A stretch of 64,000 bases of DNA from Podarcis bocagei (lineage: Eukaryota), in the NCBI GenBank assembly GCA_964188305.1, contig OZ076885.1; one strand, 5' to 3'. Shown here in pieces: positions 24,301 through 36,615 of the stretch. A program made the translations under genes and the position numbers. Under the pieces are notes generated by a model that saw only the letters and a program-made list of their open reading frames with translations, had not been told where the DNA came from and searched no databases. Position 1 is the first letter of the stretch, and the number at the start of each line of letters is the position of its first letter.

Positions 24301-27300
24301 CTGGGGCTACCTGGGCCTCCAGTGGCAAAGCTGGGTCCACAAGAACCCCCAGACTGCGCATCTGCTCCTTTGGGTTATGGGGGTGGACCTCAGCCAGGAC
24401 AGGCAACTGACCAATGTTACAGACTGAACAACCAAAAGTGAGAACTCTCAACATCCCCCAGCCACGTGGGAAGAGCGAGCATAAACATGAGGTTCACTGC
24501 AGCTCATTCCTGTTCATTTACATTGCATTCAACTGTGGTTTAGCATGATGTGTGAACACTGCCTGTTTGTTTCCACGCAGCTGCAAATGAAAGAACATCA
24601 CATGCCTGACAAGGAAGCCAAGATGGGATCCAGGAGACTGTCTGGGACATTTGGGTGATGGCTCTTCCAGCAAGCTATCGCCAATATCTGTTTTTTCTGG
24701 CATACTCCGAGAACGCTTTCGCCATTTCTGACAGTTCCCTGTGTAATGAAATTAACACAATTTATTTCTCATCCAAAATCTTTTAAAAAGTTTAAATTAA
24801 TTCAAGTATAATGGTGAACAGTTTCATACCAGTTGATTTGGCAAGGATAGTTCTACATTCTATGCATTCCCAATTTTGCTCCCAACTTGTTAGTGAGGAA
24901 CATGCCAAGTGAGTTCCACTCGAACCACAATATTGACAGCGCTTTATTTCCCATTTGCTAAAAGAAAAGAAAAATGCATTTTAAAAATTAAGACCGTTAA
25001 ACTTAAAAAAGAGAAGAGTTAACTCAATGTAACTAGTTATGGCTTCACTTTGCATCAGTATATTTCCCAAGATGGGACATAAATTTCAGTTGCAACATAT
25101 ATGTGGTAAAATGGGAGGTGCAGGTCAAAGATTACCAATATTATTTTATATTTAATATATTTACCCCGGCTCTCTTTAGCAAAGGATACAAGATAGCTAG
25201 CAATAATAAATAATACACTTTTAAAAAGAATCAAACATAACTCCACAGCTGCAAAAAGCACACTGGGCAGGACCCAAATGTTCTATTCCGCTCACAGAAC
25301 TAGCCATTCAGTTCAACCTAATGGTAACTCAGCTCTACAGATAGTCAAAGTATGCCATCCCCCAATGCCTTCTAGAAAAGTCACCACTTTATTGAAGGAA
25401 TAAAAATAATGATGAAACCTTCCTAGTGATGGCATGGGACATGGACCAGGTCCTCTAATGTTGACACACACATAGGGTGCATGCTTTCCTGTTTCTTCAG
25501 AGTTTCAGATTTCTAAACATGAAGACCTAATGACTGGCAACATAAAATCAATATGCCAATATCTTATTACAAGGAAACAAAAACTCACCAGGCAATTTAA
25601 GTTAAGGATCACTAGTTTTGTTGTCTTAGTATAATTCCATATATAGAATAAGGTGATCAACAGCTACTAACTATGACAATTATGTTCTACCTCCACAGCT
25701 GGCCCTATAGTGGGGCTTCCTACAGACATCTAGGGAAGGTCATTGCAAGAACAGGATGGTGGACTAGATGGGCCTGATCCACCAGGCACTTATGTGGTCA
25801 TCATCATGTCCAACTGACTTTGAATTAAATTAATTTAATTTAATTATGGATGGAAGCAGGACAAGATGACATTCCTATAAACTACGAGCATATTTAACAT
25901 GCTTATGTCCAAGGACCACATTTATTAATACCTATCAGGCTCATTGTAGTTTCTTCCATTTTCGCAGAGGCAGACATTGATGTCACAGTGTTGGTAGCAC
26001 TGAAGAAGGTCCTGGTATGCATTCTCTTCCAGTTCCCAGGAGGCATCTCTGGAAACATTAAAACTTATTTGAACATTTCAAGCCTACACTGCAGCTTTCC
26101 TTGTTTCAATAGTAATATATGATTTTACTATTATCAAGAGAAGATGAAATCTACAGAAAATCAGTAGCTGTTGGATAGTCTATGCTTTTGTAATTCAGAT
26201 CTCCCATCTATCGGAGCAAGCTGATTAACCCCTGGGTTCCTGAACAACCAGCATTTACAAAATTTGGAAAACTTCAAAAAAAGATTTCCCACATCCCTTT
26301 CTAGGGTTAAATGTGGCTTTGTATTGTGTGTGTCTTGACAAAAATCATTTGTCTTCTAATCTAAGTCTCTGTGCCTTCGTCTCTTAAGAAATGAGTTGTT
26401 AAAATACTTTGCAGTAGCTAAAATGTTCAGTTCTTTCCATCTTGTATTTCAACCTTTACTATTAAAACTAATGAAAAGCATGCCTCCTGCCCTTAATATA
26501 AACCCATGAAAAAAGCAGCTTAATAGAAAAATGATACAAAATAATACACCATAAATTTCAAAAGAGAATTAACCATGTATATCTCACTCTCCTGTTAAAT
26601 ATACCTAGTGGTATACAGCCTTAACTATAAACCTGTACAATATATTCTTAAAAATAAAGCAATATTTTGGGAGGTACTTACTTTTCTGGAATATGTAAGC
26701 CCATTCTCAACATTTCATTCTGAAATTTCTCTTTATTATTACATACTGGGCATCTAAAGAAAAATACCCCTGCACTTAGCGCTTGACACTGGATCCAAAA
26801 GAGAGAAAAATGATCAGTAAATCAGACAAGATTCTGGATGCTGGACAAGATGAGGGTACAACAGACAAGATGAGGGTACAACACAGTATCTGTAGTAGGC
26901 TATACTAATGACAATTTCTTTAATGCTTATTACCATTCTATATTTATATCCTGGCTCTCCCCCCCCCCCCACCCGCTCAAGGATGCCTGTGCAAGTGAAG
27001 ATCTCAGGTCCCATGCAGGTTCATATGAGAAAGAAAAACTTTCAGATAGCCTGGACCTAAGCTGTGTAGGACTTTATAGGTCATAACCAGCACGTTGACT
27101 TGTGCTCGGAAACAGACTGGTAGCCAGTGGAGCAGTTGTAACATTGCCTGCTATATCCTGTTACTTTTGCAAGTGCTTACTAGTTCTGAGCTTGTAAAGC
27201 TTTCAATGCAAAAAGCACATTTACTCCACGTTATCAGTAGTTATGGCTAAAGAGTACAGGATGAGTTTGGCAGTTCTATCCTGGTTTCCAACAGAAAACT

Positions 27301-30300
27301 GATTTTCCCAAGTACATGTTACTGCATTTGCTCATATTCATTCCTTTTATCGTCCTTCCAAATCTTACTAATGACATTTAGATTGTAAACTTTGAAGTAG
27401 GGATATGGAAATTTGTTTGTGTACATGCATGCTTATGCTACTCTAGGAAACACCACTGATGCATTATAACACTTTATAGTTTGCTCCCATGCCAGTTATT
27501 ATAGAATTTGTGACTCTTATTTCAGTTAGCTTTTAGTGCAGGGGTGGGAAACCATTTCTTCCTGGTGGGCCAGATCTGTCTTTACCCTACTACCATGGGT
27601 AAGATTTGCCAGGTGGGTGGAGCCATCACCTAACAATCATCTGATGTCGCAGCGATATCAGGTAAAAAGCCTCTCTAGGAATGTTCTGAGTGTGCCTCTA
27701 TAGCAGTCATGGCCAAACTTGGCCCTCCAACTGTTTTGGGACTACAACTCCCATCATCCCTGACCACTGGTCCTGTTAGCTAGGGATGATGGGAGCTGTA
27801 GTTCCAAAATAGCCGGAGGGCCAAGTTTGGCCATGCCTGCTCTAGAGAGGCTTCTCAGGTTCATGAAGCAGTTTGCATAGAGAATGTTGCTAAATATGAA
27901 GGTCTTTCTTCAGTTTTAGCAGGGGTTTCACTGCAAACCCCTTCTTGATTCTGAAGCAAGGTACACTCCCACTGCTCATCAGCTGATCAGGATCAGCTGA
28001 TGGGTGGGTAGGTGTTCATCTTGCTTCAGCAAAGGAATAGTAAGGAACTCACTTTAAAGTTCTTTGCTTGAAGCTGAATTGGTCCCCAACCTGAAATGAA
28101 GTCTCCTGGAAGAGGGCAAAGCTGGCTGGCTCCCTGAACAGGAACATTCAATTCTGCAACATTTTTATTGCAGGTCCTACTTGAATTAAACTATACAAGT
28201 GCTTTCCATCATTGTACAGCATACTTCTTTTTAGTAGTAAAAGGAAGTAATATTATTGTGGTGTTCTGGACATACTTGCAAACAGTCTCTATGAAACCAA
28301 GCGTTTTTGCAGCACGGACTTGCCAAAATGTTATACGATGGTGCGTGTTCAACCAACTCTAAACATATGGTACACTGTGACGATCCTTTAGAGGTTGGGG
28401 AACGTTTTTGTGTGGGTCGGTGTTTCCAACAGTATGACCTGAAAAATACAGAGCCACTGCAAGGTTATTATCTGTAAAAGCTTACTGACATTCTAAGCAA
28501 CAAAAAACATGGGGCAACTTAAGACCAACAAATTTCTCTTGGTATAAGCTTTTGTGGGCTGGAATCAACATCAGATATATGAAGTGGTCACCTAAGTGGA
28601 TATGTATATATAAACAATGTGTACAGAGAGAAGGGTGTTTTTAAGACTCAAAAAAAGCCAAATAAGCAAGCAATGAATGAAATAGCAGTAGAGGTGTTGC
28701 ATTACTATGCACAGCAGAAAAGTTCTAACCAATGGTGATATCTGATCTCTAGGGAATTGGGAGGTGTTTATGTGGTTGCAAGATGAGAGAAGAGCAAGAG
28801 GGATTCCTGTTTTTATGAGAGCGGAAATCTGTCGTGCAAGTGGGACGCCACAACTAGATATCATCCAATTTATATATTGTATTTAAATAACTCCACATTA
28901 ACAAGAACTTTGCAACTTGCAGCTTTTTGGCTCTAGTTAATTTTACTAAAAGTTAATGAAAATAACTTACGGAAAATTTTCTCTGAATTGGAAAATGCAT
29001 CCTCTCTCTACCCCACAAGGAAAGTGGTAACTTCGTTTGCATCTGGACGCCACACAACCAATTGAAGCACCTCTTTTCTTACAGATAGCACATTTCTAAA
29101 AACAAATACCACCAGTTGTTTTAATTTTTTGTTTTAGTAGTTATTCTAACCTCTGCTTAAAATAAGAAGCAATATATAACTGTATAAAATGTATATTAAG
29201 AGAAATGCACTGTTGAATAATTCATCACTTCTAGTCAAAACAATAACAAGCCTTTTCTCAAATGTTCCACGAGGTGGAACCTCGACTTACGTACAGCTCT
29301 ACTTACATACCGTTCCAGTTATGACCTTTAGTAGGTGCTTCGACTTATGAACTTTTCTCTAGATACGAACAGAGGCCTTGCCAGCAGCCCGGAGCTAGCC
29401 CGGCTGGCTGCGGAGCAGCGCTGAGGTCTCTGCTGCTGGGGAGAGGGCCCCCATCCCACCCCCGAAGCTGTGGAAGAGGTGCCGCCTGCAAAAGGCACAG
29501 CAGGGCGCACTGTAGCCCCAAACTCCGCCGAGGAACTAACCTGAGGAAGTCCAGAAAAAAACCTGGCCTGGCAAGAAAAAAAAGTGACCCTGGCCAAAGT
29601 GAACCAGCTCTTTACTGACTCTTGCCCCACCCCCAGCTTGTAGCCAGGTAAGCCCGCCCACCCTCAGTGCACGTAAGAAAAAAAATGTTAATTTTTTTCA
29701 TCTACAGTACTGTCTTATTTATTTTATAGTACAGTACATTGATTATTGCCTTCATTATATGGATCTATGGTCTCATTAGACAGTAAAATCCGTGTTAAGT
29801 TACTGTTTTAGGGGATGTTTCTCATTGTCTAGGACGGATGAATTCACTTTTCCATTACTTTCTATGGAAAAGTGTACCTCTACTTATGTACATTTCTAGT
29901 TATGACTGGACCTCCAGAACAGATTATGGTTGTAAGTAGAGGTTCCACTCTAGTTCATTTTTCTATTATGTAAATGAAAATGTTAGTAGCTTTCTTTTCT
30001 CTTTTGGTTCACTGCAAAACCAAGCAATAATCCTGTCATCTGCATAGCCACTCATTCAGAATTGTCCATTATCACCAGTATTTTGTATACAGAACTCCAG
30101 CTAATGTGAACATTTAAAATGCTGGTTTTCGATCTTTCAGATTTGCAAATAACTTTATATAACAACAGAACAGAATTAATGACTCTGTCTTAAAAATATA
30201 TGTAAGTATCTTACTCCCAATTCCCACTCTACATCTTCAGTACTTCTATTTGTGGCAGAAATTTCTAGCATGCTTTTGGCATTTCCAGAACCGTTAGTTT

Positions 30301-32333
30301 AGAGATTTGATTAATTTTGCTTAACACCAATCACAGAGGTTAACTGTTTTTATACAGTTAATTCTACAGGTTTGGCTTTCTCAACTTCAAAAAAAAGAAG
30401 AAGAAAGAAGCAGGATTGTTTACTACAACTAATTTTTTTAATTCCCTGGGTTTTATTCACTGCTATCCTAACCAGTAACTAGAAATGACTGCTTAATGCT
30501 ATACAGATTTCTTTAACCAACACAGTTGCATCAATATCTGCCTATAATGCCAGAGCAAGACTGTAGCCTTAGTGAAACTCAACTATATCATATTTTAGCA
30601 TATTATACTGGTATACATGATGCTATGTCCTTCTGGTCAGATAACTCTTTGGAACAGTCTCAACATTCACGATATATTCTTACCAGTCTTGCAGCTCGAT
30701 TAATTTCTTTTTGGATGTCCTCAGGTAAAAACCCATAAAAACCTTCTTCGTCTTCACCTCTCTGCCAAATCCCACTTGACATTAACTACAATAAAGGAAT
30801 GGATTACTGCTAAGTTATAAAAATGATAACTTTCCACTTGAGAAAAAACATTACTGAAGAAGCCCACATACACATGCTCTGCTCCAGCTGATCATAATAC
30901 CACCCAAGGAGGTGTTGGTTTTCACTGTAGCAAAGTACTTAGAACTTTGCAGGTTCAAAAGAAAATACTTACCACACAGTAATAATGAACAGTGAGATTG
31001 TAGTCCTCGTAAGTCCTCCTTTCCCCATACTTTTCAGGACGGTCATCAGCCCGTTGACAAAATTCACAGGCTAAAATATTAAGAAGCAATTTTATATAGT
31101 GCGTTAGTTCTCTGAAATGCCACTTTTTCTTTAGATGTTTAACAGATGTTTCAAGTTGTAAGATATACCCTTTCGACACAAAGCAACAATACCTGGACAC
31201 AATGGGTAGCATCCAGTATCCCTTCTATTCAAAGAAGGGACTGAGATCTAGCAGATGCTCCTGCTAGAGGAAAGTGGGGAGGGGGAGGAGGCATTGTGTG
31301 GCATGATGTTCAGAGACAGGAATGAGCTGCAGTGAGTGCCCCTCCCTTGCACAGCTGGGGAGGGCGTTTGGAAGCACTGAATGAGGGGAGCATGACCCTG
31401 AAGCTCCCTGTGGTGCATTTCTCTGTGCTGAACTATGTTTTGGCACAGAGGTCACCCATATTTCTGGAACAGTGGCGATTCACAATCACAGACACATACA
31501 CTCCCTCTTCAAAAATACGGGAACATTGCATCCAGTTGTTGAGTTCAATAGGAAAAATCAGAACTAAAACAAAATTGCTAGAACACTGAAGATTGTCCAA
31601 CATGGGGGTTTTAGTGACTGATCCATTACGGATAACAAAGCCAAGAACATGATACATAGACAATGAAGCATTCTATGTCTGAAGATTTGGGGCGGGGACT
31701 GCAAATCTAATTGCAAGGTTAGGTATCAGTTTAAATAAATCTTTCAAATTCCATCTGCCAGTAATTACTGCAGTGCTTGTTTGTAGCATGTTAGTGTGGT
31801 ACAGAGGTTAGATTAGGACCTGGGAGACCAAGGTTCAAATTCCATCAGCTAGAAAGCTTACTGGTTGACCTTGACCCTCTCTCAGCCTAACCTACTTCAC
31901 AGTACCTTTGGGAGGATAAAATGGGGAGGAGAACAATGTATGGAACCTTTAGCTCCTTGGTACAGCTAGGCTTATTAAGAATGGGGCAGAGTGACAATGT
32001 CCAAGAATAGTTAATTATCCAGCCCCTGAAACAATTGTTACATGAATTTGAAATGGCAAATTGCACTAGCATTAAAAACACAGGGTTTTTTTTGTACAAA
32101 TCCATGATTGGCATTTGGTTACATTAATTCAGGCTTCCTCAACCTCGGCCCTCCATATGTTTTTGGTCTAAAACTCCCATGATCCCTAGCTAGCAGGACC
32201 AGTGGTCAGGGATGATGGGAATTGTAGTCTCAAAACACCTGGAGGGCCAAGATTGAGGAAGCCTGCATTAATTAAGTAAACATGCACGGTACTTACTCAA
32301 TTTCTGAAGGCAGCCAACAATGTTATCACTCAT
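18113..32333 (-). CDS. G2E3: G2/M phase-specific E3 ubiquitin-protein ligase (three PHD/RING-like fingers plus a degenerate HECT domain); 15 coding exons, 744 aa (701 aa without the 129-nt exon)
   Basis: Spliced translation [29 protein letters not shown]...[18 protein letters not shown]...[20 protein letters not shown]...[15 protein letters not shown]...[12 protein letters not shown]...[19 protein letters not shown]...FATG...[16 protein letters not shown]. Exon lengths sum to 2235 nt. Upstream of SCFD1 as in human. Confidence 0.97.
18607..18806 (-). CDS. G2E3: G2E3 coding exon 14
   Basis: tag|CTTTAGA...GAAG|gtaaga; [14 protein letters not shown]...YLQEIE. Confidence 0.96.
19808..19980 (-). 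CDS. G2E3: G2E3 coding exon 13
   Basis: tag|ATAAAATCT...GAAAG|gtttgt; [29 protein letters not shown]...LLPFE. Confidence 0.95.
20234..20415 (-). CDS. G2E3: G2E3 coding exon 12
   Basis: cag|CTCTTAAA...GAGAAG|gtaggt; [29 protein letters not shown]. Confidence 0.96.
21409..21659. mobile_element. Tc1/mariner MITE, family C
   Basis: TA|CAGTCGAACCTTGG...CCAAGCTACGACTG|TA with a central palindrome (gattggctgcaggagcttcctgcagccaatc). Confidence 0.85.
21709..22010 (-). CDS. G2E3: G2E3 coding exon 11 (start of the HECT domain)
   Basis: cag|GCAACTT...TCTCAAG|gtaagc; [19 protein letters not shown]...[10 protein letters not shown]...SSLFEG. Confidence 0.95.
22606..22739. repeat. 67-bp tandem duplication
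   Basis: Two units, 22606-22672 and 22673-22739, with 2 mismatches. Confidence 0.95.
23043..23171 (-). CDS. G2E3: G2E3 coding exon 10 (129 nt, symmetric phase 2, Ser/Pro-rich linker)
   Basis: cttcttcccttctag|GTCCCC...AAAAAC|gtaagt; open frame [42 protein letters not shown]. Confidence 0.85.
24120..24405 (-). mobile_element. Old L2 fragments
   Basis: [34 protein letters not shown] is homologous to the L2 ORF at 100-459. Confidence 0.75.
24606..24738 (-). CDS. G2E3: G2E3 coding exon 9 (ends at a GC donor)
   Basis: cag|GGAACTGT...GTCAG|gcatgt; [43 protein letters not shown]. Confidence 0.9.
24830..24957 (-). CDS. G2E3: G2E3 coding exon 8 (third PHD finger)
   Basis: tag|CAAATGG...AACTG|gtatga; [35 protein letters not shown]. 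Confidence 0.96.
25932..26048 (-). CDS. G2E3: G2E3 coding exon 7
   Basis: cag|AGATGCC...GATAG|gtatta; [38 protein letters not shown]. Confidence 0.96.
26682..26788 (-). CDS. G2E3: G2E3 coding exon 6
   Basis: cag|TGTCAAG...GAAAA|gtaagt; [35 protein letters not shown]. Confidence 0.96.
26844..26883. repeat. 20-bp perfect tandem duplication
   Basis: GACAAGATGAGGGTACAACA x2. Confidence 0.95.
26960..27145 (-). mobile_element. Old L2 fragment
   Basis: aggactttataggtcataaccagcacgttgacttgtgctcggaaacagactggtagccagtg is the reverse complement of the L2 LHWLPV..RAQFKVLVLTFKAL segment. Confidence 0.7.
27704..27839. mobile_element. hAT-type hairpin MITE, nested in an older repeat (about 27539-28136)
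   Basis: CAGTCATGGCCAAACTTGG...CCAAGTTTGGCCATGCCTG; TSD CTCTATAG/CTCTAGAG. Confidence 0.88.
28276..28438 (-). CDS. G2E3: G2E3 coding exon 5
   Basis: cag|GTCATAC...TGCAA|gtatgt; SYCWKHRP...CTICLE...[15 protein letters not shown]. Confidence 0.96.
28971..29095 (-). CDS. G2E3: G2E3 coding exon 4
   Basis: tag|AAATGT...TTTCC|gtaagt; [37 protein letters not shown]. Confidence 0.96.
29270..29951. mobile_element. Non-autonomous Tigger-like DNA transposon
   Basis: Inverted termini gtggaacctcgacttac / gtaagtagaggttccac; Tigger-like AT-rich tacagtac segment; internal GC-rich part. Confidence 0.75.
30684..30785 (-). CDS. G2E3: G2E3 coding exon 3
   Basis: tag|TTAATGTCA...AGACTG|gtaaga; [34 protein letters not shown]. 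Confidence 0.96.
30973..31070 (-). CDS. G2E3: G2E3 coding exon 2
   Basis: tag|CCTGTGAA...TGTGTG|gtaagt; [32 protein letters not shown]. Confidence 0.96.
31790..31960 (+). mobile_element. Old CORE/Squam3-like SINE (similar remnant at about 21222-21315)
   Basis: ggacctgggagaccaaggttcaaat...ggttgaccttg...tctcagcctaacctacttcacag. Confidence 0.65.
32130..32265. mobile_element. hAT-type hairpin MITE
   Basis: CAGGCTTCCTCAA...TTGAGGAAGCCTG; perfect TSD CATTAATT. Confidence 0.9.
32297..32333 (-). CDS. G2E3: G2E3 first coding exon (exon spans 32297-32352)
   Basis: aacag|TTGG...aagATGAGTGAT...TTGA|gtaagt; [12 protein letters not shown]. 37 nt, and the phase fits the next exon. Confidence 0.9.
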
Positions 32334-33064
32334 CTTAGTGTTCTCCTTCCAACTGTTAAATATGGAAGAAGAAAAAAAATCAGTTGCAGCATACCTGATA
32401 TTAGTCTTTTTAGTCTAGTACCATACCCAGTATTCTCTGTTTCAAATTAAAAACAAAATACAGGAAACAGAATTATTGGTTTAACTACTCAGTATACTTT
32501 TCGGCTGTCATGACAAATCTGGCTTCAGGTTTTGTATTAATCAGTAGTTCATTGAAATTTGCTGTTATTTTTAAAAGTAGCCACAACAACATTTTTAGAA
32601 TAAACTTGAAATTCAGAAAAGCAAATACATTATCTTTTCGGTGGTACAAAATTATCTGGAAGAAAATAAGCTCCTAGCGTCCTTGAAGTTAGCTATTTTG
32701 TCTCTGTGAGTCAGCTGAGAGTCCTGCCTTCAGTCTTCATCCAGAAAAATAAGATGATAAGGAACAAGTGAAGAAAAAGAAAAAAAGAGGGAAGGAGGGG
32801 TAGGGGAGGGGATGAGAGGGGAGTTGAGTTTTTGTGTCAACTGAAGAGGCAAGCAGTGAGATGAGGTAACAGGTCACAAAGGTTATTACTTTGGAGCAAT
32901 TAGGTCATAAAGGCTCTTGCTCTGGGACAGTATAGTTGTTATCCAACACTCCAGAAAGGTAGCTCATGAGCCAGTAAGCTTATACAAAAGGGTATTTTGC
33001 CATTATAAATGCCTCTTGCTCCCTTGGAATGACTTGGAATGTTCCCTTGGGTACCAATCTAGTA

Positions 33065-33387
33065 CTGTGGTGCCCCGCAAGACGAATGCCTCGCAAGACG
33101 GAAAACTCGCTAGACGAAAGAGTTTTCCGTTTTGGAGGTGCTTCGCAAAACAAATTTCCTATGGGCTTGCTTTGCAAGACGACAATGTCTTGCGAGTTCC
33201 TGCTGGTTTTTTCCCCTACCCCCCTTTTTCTAAGCCGCTAAGCCGCTTATCAGCTGATCCGATCAGCAGATAAGCCGCTAAAAGCACTAATCCGCTAATC
33301 CTTCAATGGGCTTGCTTCGCAAGACGAAAAAACCGCTAGACGAAGAGAATCACAGAACGGATTCTTTTTGTCTTGCGAGGACCACTG
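33065..33387. mobile_element. Tigger-like MITE family B
   Basis: Near-identical to 3666-4001; TA flanks. Confidence 0.88.
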
Positions 33388-35047
33388 TAGATTGATATCC
33401 AATAAAAATCTCAGTGGTAAGTTGAATTTCTAAGCCTGTAAAATAAGACACTTTGCAACACAGCAAACCCCAAGATGCAAGTATCTTCCATGCCTAGTGC
33501 AAAGTTAATACTTTGCTTAAAATCTTCTTCCCAAACACAATATGTCAGTTTAGGTTAGCCTCCAACATCCCACTTCTCCAACAAGCAAAGATATCACAAC
33601 AGTTTAGCTTTGCTAGCTGGAAAGGAGACTAATGAATTTGCACCACTATTGCTGCATTACACTGACCATGTGTAAAGATTTGAATTAAAAGCTAATTTTA
33701 TTTGTTTTAGGAATACAGTATGCACCAATAAAAAGTTCTGAAACAGATACTACATAGAAATCCTAGTTATAAGCTCCATGCAGGATCATCCATTTGGGAG
33801 AAAACAGGTCTGCAAAAATAAGGCTTTTGCCTGCTGCTCAAAAGACAGCTTGCAGGCATTTTATTCCACAAACAGAGCTCCAACAAGAGATAACTCTCTG
33901 CCCACCCCCACTTCAGAGGATGGCTTCCAAGAGGGACATTGGTTTGAAATTGGCAAAAGGCCTCTGCTTTGGCAACAGTATTTAGCTGACTATACAAAAC
34001 AACCAAATCACAAATATTTTTTGTTTTTGTTGATAATTGTTTTTAGATTACCTCTCCTGAAAAAATATTCTTTTCTTAATAATGTCCAAAGGCATTCAAG
34101 ATCCACAAGCTCTAAGTATTTCAGCAGTGATATCATCTGTACAGGTAGGGTTCCCTGTGTATCATGGACAGAAGCAGATGGGAAAAGTTACAACCTTCAC
34201 TATCTTCAATCATTCCTCTTACAGAAAAAGAAACTGGGAATATTTTATTATCCTAAACACTTGTCTATCCAGAAATAAGCAAAATACTCATGAGTAAGCA
34301 TCTTGAGGATCACAGCAGGCGGTTCCTAAATTCAGCAGATGGATAAAGAAAGGTATGCATGTGCACAGAGTCTTAATGATATTTAGCAAACTTACATTTC
34401 CTTTGCAGGCTTTTTTGTGGGATGGAACTTGGGTTATCTGGATCATGCTAAGTAATCAAAACACTGTTTTAAAAGCTTTATTTTTCTATTTCCAGACAGG
34501 TACAACATGGGCTACAAAAATACATTTCATAAGTCAAGGATGATACTTTTTATCAAAAATTAATAAACGTAACAAGGCAGGTTTTATTTCAAACTTGAGA
34601 TGGTGTCATGACTTCAGATAAAACAAAGGCAAAGAAAAGGATCCAGCTGGGGGGCTGTATCCTGGGCTTCTTCACCTCTGGCAAGCCACTTTGACAGGTG
34701 GGTGGGACTGTCCACCTGTCAATCACCTGATGTCACCATGATTTCAGAGAACCTATCTGCCTCTTTTGCTGCACCTCTTCAAGTCCAAGTAGCGCTTGAA
34801 GTCATTGCCGAACACCATTTTCTTCACACCCTGCTCTCAAGCAGGGACAAGCTACATTCCGGAGTTCCCTGTTCTCACTGGGGCCTGAAGACACACCAAA
34901 CAGCTGACTGGCACTGACTTCAAATCCCAATTTTGTCAGGGATCCACTCCACCTGGGAGCTCTGATTCAGTACTCCTGAATGGAACCAACCCTAGCAGGT
35001 CTTGGAAGCCCTGCTTACCAAGAAACAAGCAACAGTACACTTTACAG

Positions 35048-35182
35048 CAGGCTTCCTCAAACTCGGCCCTCAGGTGTTTTTGGCCTACAACTCCCATGAT
35101 CCCTAGCTAGCAGGACTAGTGGTCAGGGATGATGGGAATTGTAGTCTCGAAACATCTGGAGGGCTGAGTTTGAAGAAGCCTG
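35048..35182. mobile_element. hAT-type hairpin MITE
   Basis: Same family as 32130; perfect TSD CTTTACAG. Confidence 0.9.
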
Positions 35183-36237
35183 CTTTACAGTTCCCAATTG
35201 TTTGTTTGCAGCCATGTTTTACCTGCTGCACACCTGATGTCATATAAACCACTCTGAAGATTTTCCCGAATCAAGTGGTACAAAAATTTTATGGAATAAA
35301 AAATAAATAGAAAAATGACTTGGGGCATGGCTTGGAGAAAATGGCTTTGTGGGTAAAATTAGGACCCCTGCTGGGCCAAAGTTTCCCCACTGCTGAGATA
35401 AAACAATAGAACACCTGCAGCTAACAGTCACTTTTGAGAACTATGGAAAAAATGTTGTGTGTATTAAAAAAACCAACAACTTATTTTGGAGCAACCTCTG
35501 ATTTCAAAGTCAAATCTACACTGCCACAGTCAGTCAGTTTTAAATAAAATGTTCTAAACAAACAAAACAAGGAAAGGAGACAGAATTTCAAATGCATGTT
35601 TTCCCTTCTGTTAACAGGCAACAAAGACAAGCTTTGCACTTCAGGAGCTTTCACAGATGCCATTTCAGTTCACTGTATGTGTCCTGAATTTAAATATGAA
35701 ATGGTCTTAAGTTCACATTGTGGTTTGTGACAGCCTAATGCTACCACTTGAAAGGAAACCATTGGGCTATTTGTTTAGCAAATCATATTCCGTTTTTAGC
35801 GGAAATGCTCTCTAAATTGAAGGACAGCTCCAAGCAATAATAACCAGCCTGCATGTATTATACACTGCAAATCTGAAATGACTTAACATTCCTGAACTTA
35901 GGAAGTAGTATCTTAGAGTCTTTTAGCTCAGTTTACTCAGAACTGTCCACTGAATTCAATAGGACTTGCTTCCTAGTACTTTGGACTTACAACTTACAAA
36001 CCTACTTAGACTGGAACCCAAACAGTAATTTAAGAAATCTCACTAGAAAAAGGAAGATATTTCAGCCTAAGATTCTGGGGTGTTCAGTGGAAACAGGGAA
36101 GATAACCCTATGAATCAGAAGCACGTGTGTAATATATGGATGCTGAAATATGTCAGCTGCCTCAGCCCTTTCACTACTTATAGAAAAGAGTGCTCCAACC
36201 ATAAACAGTTGCTAAGTCACAGTGATCAACTTGACAG

Positions 36238-36615
36238 TAATAATAATTTTATTATTTATACACCGCCCATTTGGCTGGGTTTCCCTAGCCACTCTAGGCA
36301 GCTCACAGCATATATCAAAGCATAATAAAACATCAAACATTAAAAACTTCCCAATACAGGGCTACCTTCAGATGTCTCCTAAAAGTTATGTAGCTCTTTA
36401 TCTCCTTGACATCTGAAGGGGGGGGGAAGAGGTGTTCCTCAGGGAGGGTGCCACTACTAAGAAGGCCCTTTGCCTGGTTCGCTGTAACTTCACTTCTTGC
36501 AGTGAGGGAACCAGCAAAAGACCCTCAGAGGAGGACTTCAGTGCCTGGGCTAAACAATGGGGGTGGAGACATTCCTTCAGGTATACTGGGCTGAGGCTGT
36601 TTAGGGCTTTAAAGG
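36238..36615 (-). mobile_element. L2 3' fragment
   Basis: Diverged reverse complement of about 580-935. Confidence 0.82.

Noticed and set aside
33778-34278. 166-aa plus-strand ORF in G2E3 intron 1
   Set aside because: No recognisable domain or gene structure; probably chance.
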